This document shows positions 1-10,644 of a stretch of 64,000 nt of DNA, piece after piece. How positions within the stretch are numbered: the first letter of the stretch is position 1; each line of letters begins with the position of its first letter. The notes beneath the pieces were generated by a model, which did no database searches, was not told the origin of the DNA, and was given only the letters and a program-made list of their open reading frames with translations. The stretch spans positions 14,848 to 78,847 of the forward strand of contig CAMSQM010000006.1 of the NCBI GenBank assembly GCA_947062675.1, given 5' to 3'. The stretch is from an uncultured Roseburia sp. Its GTDB lineage: Bacteria > Bacillota > Clostridia > Lachnospirales > Lachnospiraceae. Both the position numbers and the translations under genes were made by a program.

Positions 1-2
1 AC

Positions 3-197
3 AGGTTTTACCGCGCGGACTCCTCGAGAAATTCCGCGACGGGCGGCAGCGGGATCGGTCTCTCGATTGTGAAGAAGATTATCGAGGATCACGGCGGAAA
101 AATCTGGGCGACCAGCAGGGAGTCGATCGGAACAGTGATGTATTTTGTGATACGCAAATATCAGGAGGTGCCAAATGAGCAGAGTGCTGATCATTGA
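3..197 (+). CDS. Sensor histidine kinase, C-terminal HATPase fragment (5' truncated by window edge)
   Basis: Frame 3 reads RFYRADSSRNSATGGSGIGLSIVKKIIEDHGGKIWA (G2 box); TGA at 195-197 overlaps the start of the downstream regulator. Confidence 0.9.
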   Translation, partial: RFYRADSSRNSATGGSGIGLSIVKKIIEDHGGKIWATSRESIGTVMYFVIRKYQEVPNEQSADH

Positions 198-861
198 GGA
201 TGAGGATGCAATTGCGGAGCTGGAAAAGGATTATCTGGAGCTGAGCGGATTTGAGGTGGAGACGGAAAACGACGGGATGACGGGGTTAAAGAGAGCCCTG
301 TCCGAGGATTTTGACATGTATATCCTGGATCTGATGCTTCCGGGGGTCGATGGCTTTGAAATCTGCAGAAGGATACGCGGGGAAAAAAACACGCCGGTCC
401 TGATGGTGTCAGCCAGGAAAGATGATATCGACAAGATCCGCGGTCTGGGGCTGGGGGCGGACGACTATATCACAAAGCCTTTTTCCCCAAGCGAACTTGT
501 GGCGCGGGTAAAAGCCCATCTGGCCCGCTATGAGCGGCTGATCGGCAGTAATATGCCGGAAAATGACATCGTCGAGATCCGTGGAATCCGGATTGACAAG
601 ACGGCCAGACGTGTGTGGATAAACGGGGAGGAAAAGCAGTTTACGACGAAGGAGTTTGACCTGCTGACTTTCCTGGCGGAAAATCCGAATCATGTGTTTA
701 CCAAGGAGGAGCTGTTCCGGAAAATCTGGGACATGGAGTCCATCGGGGATATCGCCACAGTCACGGTTCATATCAAGAAAATCCGCGAAAAAATAGAAAT
801 GACCAATAAAGCCCAGTATATAGAGACCATCTGGGGGGTCGGATACCGCTTTAAATTATAA
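175..861 (+). CDS. OmpR/PhoB-family response regulator
   Basis: Receiver motifs (IIEDE, LDLMLP, KPF) plus winged-helix tail (YIETIWGVGYRF); AGGAGG RBS. Confidence 0.95.
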   Translation: MSRVLIIEDEDAIAELEKDYLELSGFEVETENDGMTGLKRALSEDFDMYILDLMLPGVDGFEICRRIRGEKNTPVLMVSARKDDIDKIRGLGLGADDYITKPFSPSELVARVKAHLARYERLIGSNMPENDIVEIRGIRIDKTARRVWINGEEKQFTTKEFDLLTFLAENPNHVFTKEELFRKIWDMESIGDIATVTVHIKKIREKIEMTNKAQYIETIWGVGYRFKL

Positions 862-943
862 CACAGGCCGGATGCTCTCCGGCAATGCGGGCCGAGGGAT
901 ACCCTCCCGGGGGTATGGGATCCGGCAGAGAGGGGAAGGAGAT

Positions 944-1960
944 GTGAGCGGAAGAGGCTGTGGAGCTGTCATTGCCGTGGGTATGCTTTTTCTGACGGGA
1001 TGCCGCGGAATGGTGACGGCGGAGGGAGATGCGCCGGGGACGGAGATATCTGATATTGTGCCGGCGGAGATGACCGCTGGCGCTTCCGGGCAGGAGAATT
1101 CCGGCTTTCCGGCGGAGACAGAGAGGAGGACGCCGGAGGAGATTCCGGGAACAGAGCGCGCGGATGACGGTCTGCGGGGGGCCGGTGGGGAGACGTTTCG
1201 TTTTGTGGATGTGCACGGGCAGAAATACGAGACGCGGATTCTGCCGGACGCTGCGCGGCATCCCTACCGGAAAGATGCCTTTGTGCGAAGCGGGAACAGA
1301 CTTACGTATACCGGAGACGGGCGATTTACCTGCCGGTACGGTGTGGATGTCTCCTACCATCAGGGGGAGATTGACTGGCAGGCGGTGAAAGCGGATGGCA
1401 TCGACTTTGCGTTTCTGCGGATCGGATACCGTGGATACGGGGAAGGGACGCTGAATACGGACGCGCAGTTTTTCCGGAATATCGAGGGCGCGCAGGCCGC
1501 GGGACTGGACGTCGGGGTTTACTTTTTTTCCCAGGCGGTGAGCGGTGAGGAGGCGCGCGGGGAGGCGGAGTTTGTCCTGGACAACCTTGCGGGGTATGCG
1601 CTGCAGCTTCCCGTCGTGTACGATCCGGAACAGATTGAGGGCGTGCGGACGCGCGCGGATGATCTGACAGGCAGTCAGGTTACGGAGAATACAATCTGTT
1701 TTTGTGAGAGAATCCGGGAGGCCGGATATGAGGCCATGGTATACAGCAATATGCTCTGGGAGGCGTTTGTGTTTGACATGGCGAGGCTCTCAGAGTATCC
1801 GTTCTGGTATGCGGATTATGAAGAGCAGCCGCAGACACCGTACCGGTTTGAATTCTGGCAGTACAGTAATGAGGGAAGCATTGCCGGGATTGACGGTCCG
1901 GTGGATCTGAATGTGTGGATGGTTCCGGCGGACGGATATGGCGCGGCGGACGGCGGGTGA
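944..1960 (+). CDS. GH25 muramidase (lysozyme), probable lipoprotein
   Basis: GVDVSYHQG and VYDPE (DxE) GH25 motifs; lipobox-like FLTGC; GTG at 944 with AAGGAG RBS preferred over the ORF-track start at 872. Confidence 0.85.
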   Translation: MSGRGCGAVIAVGMLFLTGCRGMVTAEGDAPGTEISDIVPAEMTAGASGQENSGFPAETERRTPEEIPGTERADDGLRGAGGETFRFVDVHGQKYETRILPDAARHPYRKDAFVRSGNRLTYTGDGRFTCRYGVDVSYHQGEIDWQAVKADGIDFAFLRIGYRGYGEGTLNTDAQFFRNIEGAQAAGLDVGVYFFSQAVSGEEARGEAEFVLDNLAGYALQLPVVYDPEQIEGVRTRADDLTGSQVTENTICFCERIREAGYEAMVYSNMLWEAFVFDMARLSEYPFWYADYEEQPQTPYRFEFWQYSNEGSIAGIDGPVDLNVWMVPADGYGAADGG

Positions 1961-2031
1961 ACGGCGTGGCGGTACACTTCCGGTCGTGTGCCGGCAGCGT
2001 GCACACCGGAACGGAAAAAGGGAGAACAGCG

Positions 2032-2694
2032 ATGAAGATGGACATTTTATATGAGGATGATGTCATTCTTGTCTGCCGCAAACCGGCGGGAACTGCCGTG
2101 CAGACGAGAAGCCTGACGCAGCCGGACATGGAAAGCCTGCTGAAGAATTATTGTAAAAGCAGAGGCGCGGACGGCGGACCGTCCGGGATTTTTGTGGTGC
2201 ACCGCCTGGACCAGCCGGTGGAAGGGGTGATGGTGTTTGCGAGGACAAAAGAAGCGGCGGCATCGCTCAGCCGCCAGTTTTCCGACAGACGCGCGGACAA
2301 GTTTTATTATGCCATGACAGACGGTATTCCGCAGGTGCGCAAAGGGAGACTTGAGGATGAACTTCTGCGGGATGCGGCGGCGAATCTGTCCCGTGTCGTT
2401 CCGCGGGGAACGGCGGGCGCGAAACGTGCGGAGCTGTTCTATGAGGTTGTCGAGACGGGGAATGGCCGCGCCGTTCTGAGAATCCGCCTGGAAACCGGCC
2501 GCCATCATCAGATACGCGTGCAGCTGGCCCACGCCGGCTGGCCCGTTGCCGGCGACCGGAAGTATAATTTTAAGGAACATATCAGCCCGTCGCTCCCGCA
2601 CCTGGCACTGTGCTCTTACAAAATCGGGATACGCCATCCGGTCACGCACCGGAAACTGGAGTTTGAAATTGACAAGCCCTTTACATTGTCATAA
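2032..2694 (+). CDS. RluA-family RNA pseudouridine synthase
   Basis: KPAG, VHRLD (catalytic Asp), LETGRHHQIR, GDRKY motifs; RBS before ATG 2032. Confidence 0.92.
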   Translation: MKMDILYEDDVILVCRKPAGTAVQTRSLTQPDMESLLKNYCKSRGADGGPSGIFVVHRLDQPVEGVMVFARTKEAAASLSRQFSDRRADKFYYAMTDGIPQVRKGRLEDELLRDAAANLSRVVPRGTAGAKRAELFYEVVETGNGRAVLRIRLETGRHHQIRVQLAHAGWPVAGDRKYNFKEHISPSLPHLALCSYKIGIRHPVTHRKLEFEIDKPFTLS

Positions 2695-2697
2695 AAT
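2669..2697 (+). promoter_or_regulatory. Sigma70/SigA promoter for proS
   Basis: TTGACA-N17-TAAAAT within the 3' end of the RluA gene, about 45 nt before the proS start. Confidence 0.7.
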
Positions 2698-2742
2698 GAA
2701 GGAAACTTTTGGATCACAATAGGGAAGACGAGGAGACAGATT

Positions 2743-4182
2743 ATGGCAAAGGAAAAGAAACTTGTGGAGGCGGTCACTTCGATGGAAGAAGATTTCACGC
2801 AGTGGTACACCGATGTAGTTAAAAAGGCGGAACTGATGGATTATTCCTCGATCAAAGGCTGTATGATTTTCAAGCCGAACGGCTATGCGATCTGGGAAAA
2901 TATCCAGAAGCAGATGGACGCACGGTTTAAGGCGATCGGGGTGGAGAATGTCTATATGCCGATGTTTATCCCGGAGAGCCTTCTGGATAAGGAGAAGGAT
3001 CATGTCGAGGGATTTGCGCCCGAGGTGGCATGGGTGACACAGGGCGGCGCTGAGACGCTTCCGGAGAGGCTCTGCGTCAGGCCGACCTCTGAGACACTGT
3101 TCTGCGATCTGTATGCGAATATTGTCCAGTCCTACCGCGATCTGCCGAAGGTATATAATCAGTGGTGTTCCGTCGTGCGCTGGGAGAAAACCACGCGGCC
3201 GTTTCTGCGCTCCTCGGAATTTCTGTGGCAGGAAGGGCACACCGCCCATGCGACGGCGGAGGAGGCGGAGGAATGGACGGTGCGGATGTTAAACGTCTAT
3301 GCGGATTTCTGCGAGGAGGTTCTGGCGATACCGATGGTGAAGGGCCGCAAGACGGATAAAGAGAAGTTTGCGGGCGCGATGGCGACTTACTCGATCGAGG
3401 CCCTGATGCATGACGGAAAGGCACTGCAGTCCGGTACGAGCCACAATTTCGGCGACGGGTTTGCGCGTGCGTTTGAGATTCAGTACACAGACAAAGAGAA
3501 CAGGCTGCAGTATGTGCATCAGACTTCCTGGGGAGTCTCGACCCGTCTGATTGGCGCAATTATTATGGTGCACGGCGATGATTCCGGCCTGGTTCTGCCC
3601 CCGCGGATCGCACCGGTCCAGGTGATGGTAATTCCCATCCAGCAGCAGAAGGAAGGAGTCCTTGATCAGGCTCTTAAGGTGCGGGATACGCTTGCGGAGG
3701 CGTTCCGGGTAAAAATTGACGACTCGGCAAAAACGCCCGGCTGGAAGTTCGCGGAGCAGGAGATCCGCGGTATACCGGTGCGCGTGGAGCTGGGGCCGAA
3801 AGATATTGAAAAAGGCGAGTGCGTGGTGGTGCGGCGCGATACGAGGGAGAAGATTGTGGTGCCGCTGTCGGAGCTGAATACCAGAATGGCAGAGATTCTT
3901 GAGACCATGCAGGCGGACATGCTGGGCCGGGCAAAAGCCTTTCTGGCGTCCCATATCTCGGATGCACATGATTACGCGGAATTCCGGCAGGCCGCGGCGG
4001 AGAAGCCCGGATTTATCCGCGCAATGTGGTGCGGGGAGGAGGCGTGCGAGCTGAAGATCAAGGAAGATACCACGGTGACTTCCCGCTGCATGCCGTTCGG
4101 CGATCAGGAGCAGATTGCACAGACGTGCGTCTGCTGCGGAAAGCCTGCGCATAAGCTTGTGTACTGGGGGAAGGCATATTGA
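2743..4182 (+). CDS. proS: Proline--tRNA ligase (archaeal/eukaryote-type)
   Basis: [32 protein letters not shown] motifs and C-terminal Zn-binding CxxC followed by GKAY. Confidence 0.97.
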   Translation: MAKEKKLVEAVTSMEEDFTQWYTDVVKKAELMDYSSIKGCMIFKPNGYAIWENIQKQMDARFKAIGVENVYMPMFIPESLLDKEKDHVEGFAPEVAWVTQGGAETLPERLCVRPTSETLFCDLYANIVQSYRDLPKVYNQWCSVVRWEKTTRPFLRSSEFLWQEGHTAHATAEEAEEWTVRMLNVYADFCEEVLAIPMVKGRKTDKEKFAGAMATYSIEALMHDGKALQSGTSHNFGDGFARAFEIQYTDKENRLQYVHQTSWGVSTRLIGAIIMVHGDDSGLVLPPRIAPVQVMVIPIQQQKEGVLDQALKVRDTLAEAFRVKIDDSAKTPGWKFAEQEIRGIPVRVELGPKDIEKGECVVVRRDTREKIVVPLSELNTRMAEILETMQADMLGRAKAFLASHISDAHDYAEFRQAAAEKPGFIRAMWCGEEACELKIKEDTTVTSRCMPFGDQEQIAQTCVCCGKPAHKLVYWGKAY

Positions 4183-5537
4183 GTGTGACGATCCGGATGC
4201 CGGAGGCGGTAAAGGCGATTATCGGCCGTCTTGCGGAAGCGGGGTTTGAAGCCTTCGCGGTCGGCGGCTGTGTGCGGGATTCGCTTCTCGGGAGACAGCC
4301 GCAGGACTGGGATATCACCACGGCGGCGGAGCCGGGACAGGTGAAAGCGCTTTTTTCCCGCACGATCGACACGGGGATCCGGCACGGCACTGTCACCGTA
4401 ATGGCAGGACGTGAACGGTATGAGGTGACGACATACCGCGTCGACGGGGAATACGAGGATTCCAGGCACCCGAAAAACGTGCAGTTTACGAGAAGTCTGG
4501 AGGAAGACTTAAAGCGGCGCGATTTTACAATTAACGCGATGGCGTACAACGATCAGAGAGGGCTTGTGGATATCTACGGCGGGATCAGGGACCTGGAGAG
4601 CGGCCTGATCCGCTGTGTCGGAAACGCGGGGGAGCGTTTTGCGGAAGATGCGCTCCGGATGCTGCGGGCTGTCCGCTTTTCCGCGCAGCTCGGGTTTCCC
4701 GTGGAGGAAGCGACCATCGCGGCGATGAAAGAGCGCTCGGCAAGTCTCGCCAAAGTCAGCGCGGAGCGGATTCAGGCGGAGCTGATAAAGCTTCTCGTGG
4801 CAGATCACCCGAAAGAGCTTCTCACTGCCTTCCGGACAGGGCTTACCGCCGTTTTTCTCCCGGAATTTGATGTGATGATGGAGACGCCGCAGAACAATCC
4901 GCACCACTGTCACAGCGTGGGGATGCACGCGCTGGAGGCGGCGGGGCACGCGCCGGCGGAGAAGGTGCTGCGCCTGACCATGCTGTTGCACGATGTGGCC
5001 AAGCCGGTCTGCCGGGTGACGGACGCGGACGGGACTGATCATTTTTACGGTCATCCCGCGGAGGGAAGCCGGATGGCGGAAGTGATTCTCAGACGGTTAA
5101 AATGCGATAATGACACGACGGAGGCGGTGTGCCGCCTGATCCGGTGGCACGACGACAATCCGCCTGTTACAGGGAGAAATATCCGGCGCGCGGTCAGCCG
5201 CATCGGCACGGATCTGTATCCGGGGCTGTTTGCCGTCAAACGCGCCGATATTCTGGCGCAGAGCAGTTACCGCAGGGCGGAGAAGCTGGCGTATGTCGAT
5301 GAATATGAGCGGTGCTACGGGGAGATACTGCGCAACGGGGAGTGCCTGACGGTGAAGGACCTTGCGGTCAGCGGCAGGGACCTGACAGAGGCCGGTATGA
5401 AGCCGGGAAAAGAGCTCGGCGATATGTTAAGGTATCTGCTGGAGATTGTCCTGGAAGATCCGGAGCGGAATCAGAAAGAACAGCTTCTCGCGGAGTTCCA
5501 CCGCAAACTTCAGGTGAATGAAAACATCCTGTCATGA
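4179..5537 (+). CDS. cca: CCA-adding tRNA nucleotidyltransferase with HD domain
   Basis: [34 protein letters not shown]; start overlaps the proS stop. Confidence 0.92.
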   Translation: MSVTIRMPEAVKAIIGRLAEAGFEAFAVGGCVRDSLLGRQPQDWDITTAAEPGQVKALFSRTIDTGIRHGTVTVMAGRERYEVTTYRVDGEYEDSRHPKNVQFTRSLEEDLKRRDFTINAMAYNDQRGLVDIYGGIRDLESGLIRCVGNAGERFAEDALRMLRAVRFSAQLGFPVEEATIAAMKERSASLAKVSAERIQAELIKLLVADHPKELLTAFRTGLTAVFLPEFDVMMETPQNNPHHCHSVGMHALEAAGHAPAEKVLRLTMLLHDVAKPVCRVTDADGTDHFYGHPAEGSRMAEVILRRLKCDNDTTEAVCRLIRWHDDNPPVTGRNIRRAVSRIGTDLYPGLFAVKRADILAQSSYRRAEKLAYVDEYERCYGEILRNGECLTVKDLAVSGRDLTEAGMKPGKELGDMLRYLLEIVLEDPERNQKEQLLAEFHRKLQVNENILS

Positions 5538-5560
5538 ATTGGAAATCCCTTTCATATGAT
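5532..5560 (+). promoter_or_regulatory. Possible mother-cell SigE-type promoter for the cotS-like gene
   Basis: TCATGAA-N14-CATATGAT resembles the SigE consensus; lies upstream of the GGAGG-GTG start at 5610. Confidence 0.4.
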
Positions 5561-5609
5561 GAACAGACACGGTAGAGAAACCGTAAATGAATCATATGGA
5601 GGGATTTTT

Positions 5610-6590
5610 GTGTATAATCGACCGGAACAGGTACTGGAGCAATATGAGCTGGAAATAAAATCCGTCTCCAAAGGACGGGAAAGTTACATCTGCGATACCA
5701 GTCAGGGGCAGAAACTGTTAAAGGAGTACAGGGGTTCCGCGCAGCGGGCGGAATTTCTGGCTGATATGCTTGCACATCTTAAGAATGAGGGACTGTCGGT
5801 GGAGACGGTACTCTGTACAAAAGAAGGATGCCCCATCGCAGTCGGCGAAGACGAGGTGAAATATATTGTGCTGGATACCGTTTCCGGGTCGGAGTGCGAT
5901 ACCAGAAACAGGGATCATATGCTTGCGGCAGTCAGAAAGCTTGCGGAACTTCACAATGCGGCGTCAGCTTATGCGGGAACCGCGCCGGAATTTCTGAGAG
6001 CCGATCCGGACGCCCTGCTTTCGCTTTACCGCAAACACAACCGGGAGCTGAATAAAGTAAAGAATTACATACGCGCCAAAAAGAAGAAAAATGCATTTGA
6101 AATGATATTCGCAGGACAGTATGCTGCATTTACGCAGAAGGCGGAGAAGGTGACGGACCTTCTTGCGGCCGAGGAGCCGGATGAGAAACTGTCCGGCTTC
6201 TGTCACGGGGATTACAATCAGCACAATGTCCTGTTTTCAGGGAAGCGCGTGTCGGTGGCGCATTTTGACAGCTTTTCCTTCCAGATGCAGGTCAGCGATC
6301 TCGCCAATTTTATGCGCAAGATGCTTGAAAAAAATAACTGGAACACCGGTCTTGGATCGGATTTTATCGGGACATACGATAAGGTCCGCAGATTATCCGC
6401 GCAGGAGCTGCGGTATCTGTACTACTATCTCGCATATCCGGAGAAATTCTGGAAGATCGCGAATCATTATTATAACGCCCACAAGGCATGGCTGTCCGGA
6501 CGCAATATCGAAAAGCTCGAAAAACTGATTGCGCAGGAACGGGTGCGGGAGGAATTTCTGGTGATGATGGGAAATTTCGTCGGCATCTGA
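5610..6590 (+). CDS. CotS-family spore coat protein (kinase-like fold)
   Basis: LAELH, HGDYNQHN, DLANFMRK, YPEKFWK motifs; GTG 5610 with GGAGG RBS. Confidence 0.85.
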   Translation: MYNRPEQVLEQYELEIKSVSKGRESYICDTSQGQKLLKEYRGSAQRAEFLADMLAHLKNEGLSVETVLCTKEGCPIAVGEDEVKYIVLDTVSGSECDTRNRDHMLAAVRKLAELHNAASAYAGTAPEFLRADPDALLSLYRKHNRELNKVKNYIRAKKKKNAFEMIFAGQYAAFTQKAEKVTDLLAAEEPDEKLSGFCHGDYNQHNVLFSGKRVSVAHFDSFSFQMQVSDLANFMRKMLEKNNWNTGLGSDFIGTYDKVRRLSAQELRYLYYYLAYPEKFWKIANHYYNAHKAWLSGRNIEKLEKLIAQERVREEFLVMMGNFVGI

Positions 6591-6693
6591 GACGCACATA
6601 TAATGCAGGGGCGGCAGCGGTTCGTAAAGTTTGTGATGACCGCAGAGGGAAATTGCATAATTTCTACAGCTTATACACGAAGGAGAAAATGGT

Positions 6694-9600
6694 ATGAACT
6701 ATGATTTTTCGAATCTTGGCGCGGAACAGTTTGAAAATATGGTCAGAAGCCTGAACGAAAAGAAATTCGGGATCGCATGTGAGCAGTATGGACGTGGACC
6801 GGACGGACAGAGAGAATTTGTCTATGAGGGGGAGTTTGCAGACGGCGACGGAACACTTGTCAGCGGACGTGTGATCGGGCAGGTAAAATATAAATACAGC
6901 ACGACGAAAACGGACGATTATGCCTGGCTGACGCGGGAAATCGACCGTGAACTTGCGGGATTTCAGGAGAAAGAAGAGGCCTACCGGCCGGACTATTATC
7001 TGTTTTACACAAATATAGTGCTCACGGCGGTAAAGGATAAGGGGCTGAGGGATAAAGTGTGCGCGTACGTGGAAAGGAAGAATAAGATCATTCCGCATTT
7101 TATTCTGCTTGGTTACGATGAAATCTGCGCGATGCTGGACAACAACCGCGACGTCGCGACAGCTTATGGTCTGGTCCTGCCGGGCGATGTGCTCTCGCAG
7201 CTGCTGCCGGAGAAGGGCGCTGATCCCGCGCAGTGGCTGAAGAAGTATCTGTACAGCGAATTCAGGGAGGAACTGTACACACGCATGGAACAGGCCGGTT
7301 CGGCAACGGAGCAGAAGATTTCCCTGGAAAAGGTGTGTGTGGATCTGAATGTGCTTGACCGGGAGAGCGGAAACACATTTAAGATTGCAGAATATGTATT
7401 TCAGATGGGCGGCGGCAGACTTGGCTATCAGAAAAAAGGTCACCGGGAAGAGCCGGACCGGGAGGAAAATATGGTTCTGATCGGCGGGCCGGGGAAGGGC
7501 AAGAGCACGATCTGCCAGTTTATGGCGCAGGTTTACCGGGCCCGGACTCTTTCGAAAATGGGATGCAGAGAGCGGACGCTGGATGAATTTGCCGGGGGTC
7601 CCGGAGAAAACGGAAAAGACCTGCCGGGCCGTGTCAGACTGCCCTTTGAAGTGGTGCTGCGCGATTACGCTGCGTGGATAAGCCGCAGGGAGGAGATGGA
7701 AGATATCTCCGTACTGCAGTATATGAGGGAGCGGATCAGAAGAATTGCGGGGGAAAATGTCCCGGCGCGCGTGCTGCGCGAGCTGCTGCGGAACATCCCG
7801 TGGATTTTTTTCTTTGACGGCCTGGACGAGGTGCCGGAATCCTCAAACCGGCGGGAAGTGCTGAGAGCGATACACCTGTTTATCGCAATGGAGCTCAGGG
7901 AACTGGCGTGTGACTATATGGTGATCGCGACGACCAGGGCGCAGGGCTATAATCATGAATTTGACGAGGAGCGGTACCGTCATCTGGAGGTCGCAGAGTT
8001 TTCGGAAGAGGACTGCTGCCGGTATGTAGAAAAGCTTTTTGCAGTGATGGAAGAGCAGAGCGTGCGGCGGGAGGAGTATGTCCGCATTATGAAAGAGGCG
8101 CTTTCAGACAGTATCACGGGCAGACTCATGAAGACGCCGCTGCAGGTGACGATTATCGCGATTCTGGTAAAACGCGGCGGAAAACCCCCGCATGACCGCT
8201 ATTCTTTGTTCCGGGAATACTATGAGACGGTTGTAAGCAGAGAGAAACAGAAGGAAATCGTGGAGATGCTGAATGAAAATACGGACTGGCTGGAGGAGCT
8301 TCATTATCTGACCGGTCTGGGTCTGCAGTGCGGGTCGCAGCAGCAGGAAAATGCCGCCGCGGAGATCTCACTGGAGGAGCTGCGCAGCGTGATCCGGACA
8401 TATGTGGAGGAGAACAGGGATGATTTTTATGAGGATAAGGCGGACTGCGAGCGGAAAGCGGAAGAGTTTCTGCGGACAATGACACAGAGAATCTGCTTCC
8501 TGTGCGAAAACCGCAGTGGATTTTACAGCTTTCAGATCCGGTCGGTGCAGGAATTTTTTGCCGGTACCTGTCTGGTAAAAGGGAAAAGCGACGGGGAAAT
8601 CATGGAGAATATACGCCGGATCGCGTACAGCGCTTACTGGAGGAACGTGCTCCTGTTCGCGCTGGGATATATGGAGCGGGAGCGGAAAAGTCTGGAGCCC
8701 TGGGTCGGTGCGCTCTGTGAGCAGATGAACGGAAAGGAAAATTTTCTGCAGGAGGACTACACGCCGGAAAATCTGTGTCTGTTCGGTTCATGGCTGGCTC
8801 TGGATATTCTCACGGAGGACCTTTTCCGTGGAAAGCAGCAGGAGAAGTATATTGTGCTTGCGTCCGGGGCGGCGGCGTTTGCGGGCCATGCGGATTATCA
8901 GAAGTTCAGCCTGCTCACAGGTGTCCGGCGGGACAGGCTGCTGCGCTATCTGCAGCAGAATGCCTGCCGTGATGCGGCGCTTCAGGAGTCGTCGCTGAAC
9001 GTGTACCTGAAGATGCACGAAAATGAGAAAAATAATCTGGAGGAGGAAATCATACAGCTCTGCGGACAGCTTCCGCCGGAGCGCCGGACTGCAGCCTGTG
9101 TCCTGATTCTGGAAAATCTTGTGGGAGACGGGGGCCGTCTCGCGGAATATGCCGGAAGTAAGCTGGAGACGGCGCTGGAACAGGGGGAGGTCCGGCAGCT
9201 TCTTCCCTGCCGCATACTGGGATATCTGCTGTACCGGAAAGGGAGGGAGCGGAGTGCGGAGCTAAAGAAAAATCTGTTCCTGCAGTGTCTCTACTGTGAG
9301 GACTGGAGTGTGAGTGCCGCATGGAAGTGGCAGGCGCTGGGAGTGCAGTGCGACATTGCTCTGCTGCGCAGATATCTGACACCCTGGGGGCGTGGGACAT
9401 TATCACAGAACATGATTCTGAACCTGACAGATTCTTTTGAGATTATGGTAAAAGACCAGGCTCTGCGGCGGGAGACGCTGACAGAGATACAGGCTGAAGT
9501 GCAGAAGCTGAATGCCGGTTTTCTGGCAGAATTCTGCGCGTTTCTTCTGGAACCATCCCTGGAAAAATACCGGGAGCTGTGCAGTCTGGCGGACAGCGGG

Positions 9601-10644
9601 GAGGATTATCTGACTGGAAAGTACAGGGCGCTCGTGAGATATTATGCACCTTATGATCAGGTGGAGACGGAGGAAGCGTTTCAGGCGGCGTGGCGGAGAC
9701 GGGAAGAGGATCTGGGCAGATTTGTCCGGAGAGAGTTCGGGGAACTGTATTTCAGGGAGACGGATGTCAGGTTTTATTCGTCTGTGGGATGCAGATCCGA
9801 CGCCTTCGATGAACTGACGGAACAGGGGATTATTCCTGTGGAAAGGATAGAAGAGCTCAGCGACGGTTTTCTGCAGCAGTTTCTGTTTGCGGCGGGCGTT
9901 CAGCTGGAGTGTGTGCGCCGGATAGCGGATATCAGTGAAAGCACGGCGGAATATTTTGGCAGAATGGTCGCGGAGGCGTCCCGCAGAAATCTGTACGCGT
10001 ACCATATGACAGATATTCTGGCGGTGCTTATGAGTCCTAAGTTCCGTAAGCGCTTCTGGGAGCAGTGTCCGGATTTCGGCCCTGTGGAGAGGATTGCAGA
10101 GGAAGAGCTGCGTGAGCGGAAGTGGAGGCGGCACAGGGTGCCATGTATCAGCGCGGAGGAAGCTGAAACGATTATCGGAAATATCATTCACAAAGTGATA
10201 TATGAGGCGGAGGAGAGCAGCTATCTGGCGCTGATTCCCTGGCTGATTGACGATAAGACTGATCTGAAAAGGTGCATTTCGGGAAATGATTTAAAACAGC
10301 TCTGCCAGACAGACTGCAGGAGTGAGAGCAACCGTCTGACCGTGAAGCTTTTGAGGATGTGTCTGGAAGAAAACAGAGAGCCCAGCCGGGTGGTGGAGGA
10401 GATTCTTCAGACCGGTGTGCCGCGGGCGGTAATTTTTACGGAGCTGGAAAATATGCTCCATTTCTGCGAGGCGGAGAATAAGGAAAAGCTCTGGGTGAGG
10501 ACATATCTGGAACTGACGGACGAGACGTTTGCGGGTAGCGGGGAACTGCGGGGGAGGATTCTCGGCGATATGGCGGAACTGCGCTCCGCCAGCAGCATGC
10601 CGGACTATTTTATGTATGCCTTGTCCACCCGCAGTACCACGTAA
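6694..10644 (+). CDS. Restriction-endonuclease-like domain + NACHT (STAND) NTPase, candidate NLR-like antiphage protein
   Basis: N-terminal FE..L..GRGPDGQRE..GQVK (PD-(D/E)xK/Mrr-like); Walker A GGPGKGKST; Walker B FFFDGLDEV; ATTR, KTPL, SVQEFFAG, WRNVLLFA NACHT motifs; about 650-aa helical C-terminus. Confidence 0.85.
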   Translation: MNYDFSNLGAEQFENMVRSLNEKKFGIACEQYGRGPDGQREFVYEGEFADGDGTLVSGRVIGQVKYKYSTTKTDDYAWLTREIDRELAGFQEKEEAYRPDYYLFYTNIVLTAVKDKGLRDKVCAYVERKNKIIPHFILLGYDEICAMLDNNRDVATAYGLVLPGDVLSQLLPEKGADPAQWLKKYLYSEFREELYTRMEQAGSATEQKISLEKVCVDLNVLDRESGNTFKIAEYVFQMGGGRLGYQKKGHREEPDREENMVLIGGPGKGKSTICQFMAQVYRARTLSKMGCRERTLDEFAGGPGENGKDLPGRVRLPFEVVLRDYAAWISRREEMEDISVLQYMRERIRRIAGENVPARVLRELLRNIPWIFFFDGLDEVPESSNRREVLRAIHLFIAMELRELACDYMVIATTRAQGYNHEFDEERYRHLEVAEFSEEDCCRYVEKLFAVMEEQSVRREEYVRIMKEALSDSITGRLMKTPLQVTIIAILVKRGGKPPHDRYSLFREYYETVVSREKQKEIVEMLNENTDWLEELHYLTGLGLQCGSQQQENAAAEISLEELRSVIRTYVEENRDDFYEDKADCERKAEEFLRTMTQRICFLCENRSGFYSFQIRSVQEFFAGTCLVKGKSDGEIMENIRRIAYSAYWRNVLLFALGYMERERKSLEPWVGALCEQMNGKENFLQEDYTPENLCLFGSWLALDILTEDLFRGKQQEKYIVLASGAAAFAGHADYQKFSLLTGVRRDRLLRYLQQNACRDAALQESSLNVYLKMHENEKNNLEEEIIQLCGQLPPERRTAACVLILENLVGDGGRLAEYAGSKLETALEQGEVRQLLPCRILGYLLYRKGRERSAELKKNLFLQCLYCEDWSVSAAWKWQALGVQCDIALLRRYLTPWGRGTLSQNMILNLTDSFEIMVKDQALRRETLTEIQAEVQKLNAGFLAEFCAFLLEPSLEKYRELCSLADSGEDYLTGKYRALVRYYAPYDQVETEEAFQAAWRRREEDLGRFVRREFGELYFRETDVRFYSSVGCRSDAFDELTEQGIIPVERIEELSDGFLQQFLFAAGVQLECVRRIADISESTAEYFGRMVAEASRRNLYAYHMTDILAVLMSPKFRKRFWEQCPDFGPVERIAEEELRERKWRRHRVPCISAEEAETIIGNIIHKVIYEAEESSYLALIPWLIDDKTDLKRCISGNDLKQLCQTDCRSESNRLTVKLLRMCLEENREPSRVVEEILQTGVPRAVIFTELENMLHFCEAENKEKLWVRTYLELTDETFAGSGELRGRILGDMAELRSASSMPDYFMYALSTRSTT

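Noticed and set aside
2695-2742. T-box riboswitch before proS (and before leuA at 27526-27595)
   Set aside because: The leaders are only about 40-65 nt and lack the T-box motif and terminator.
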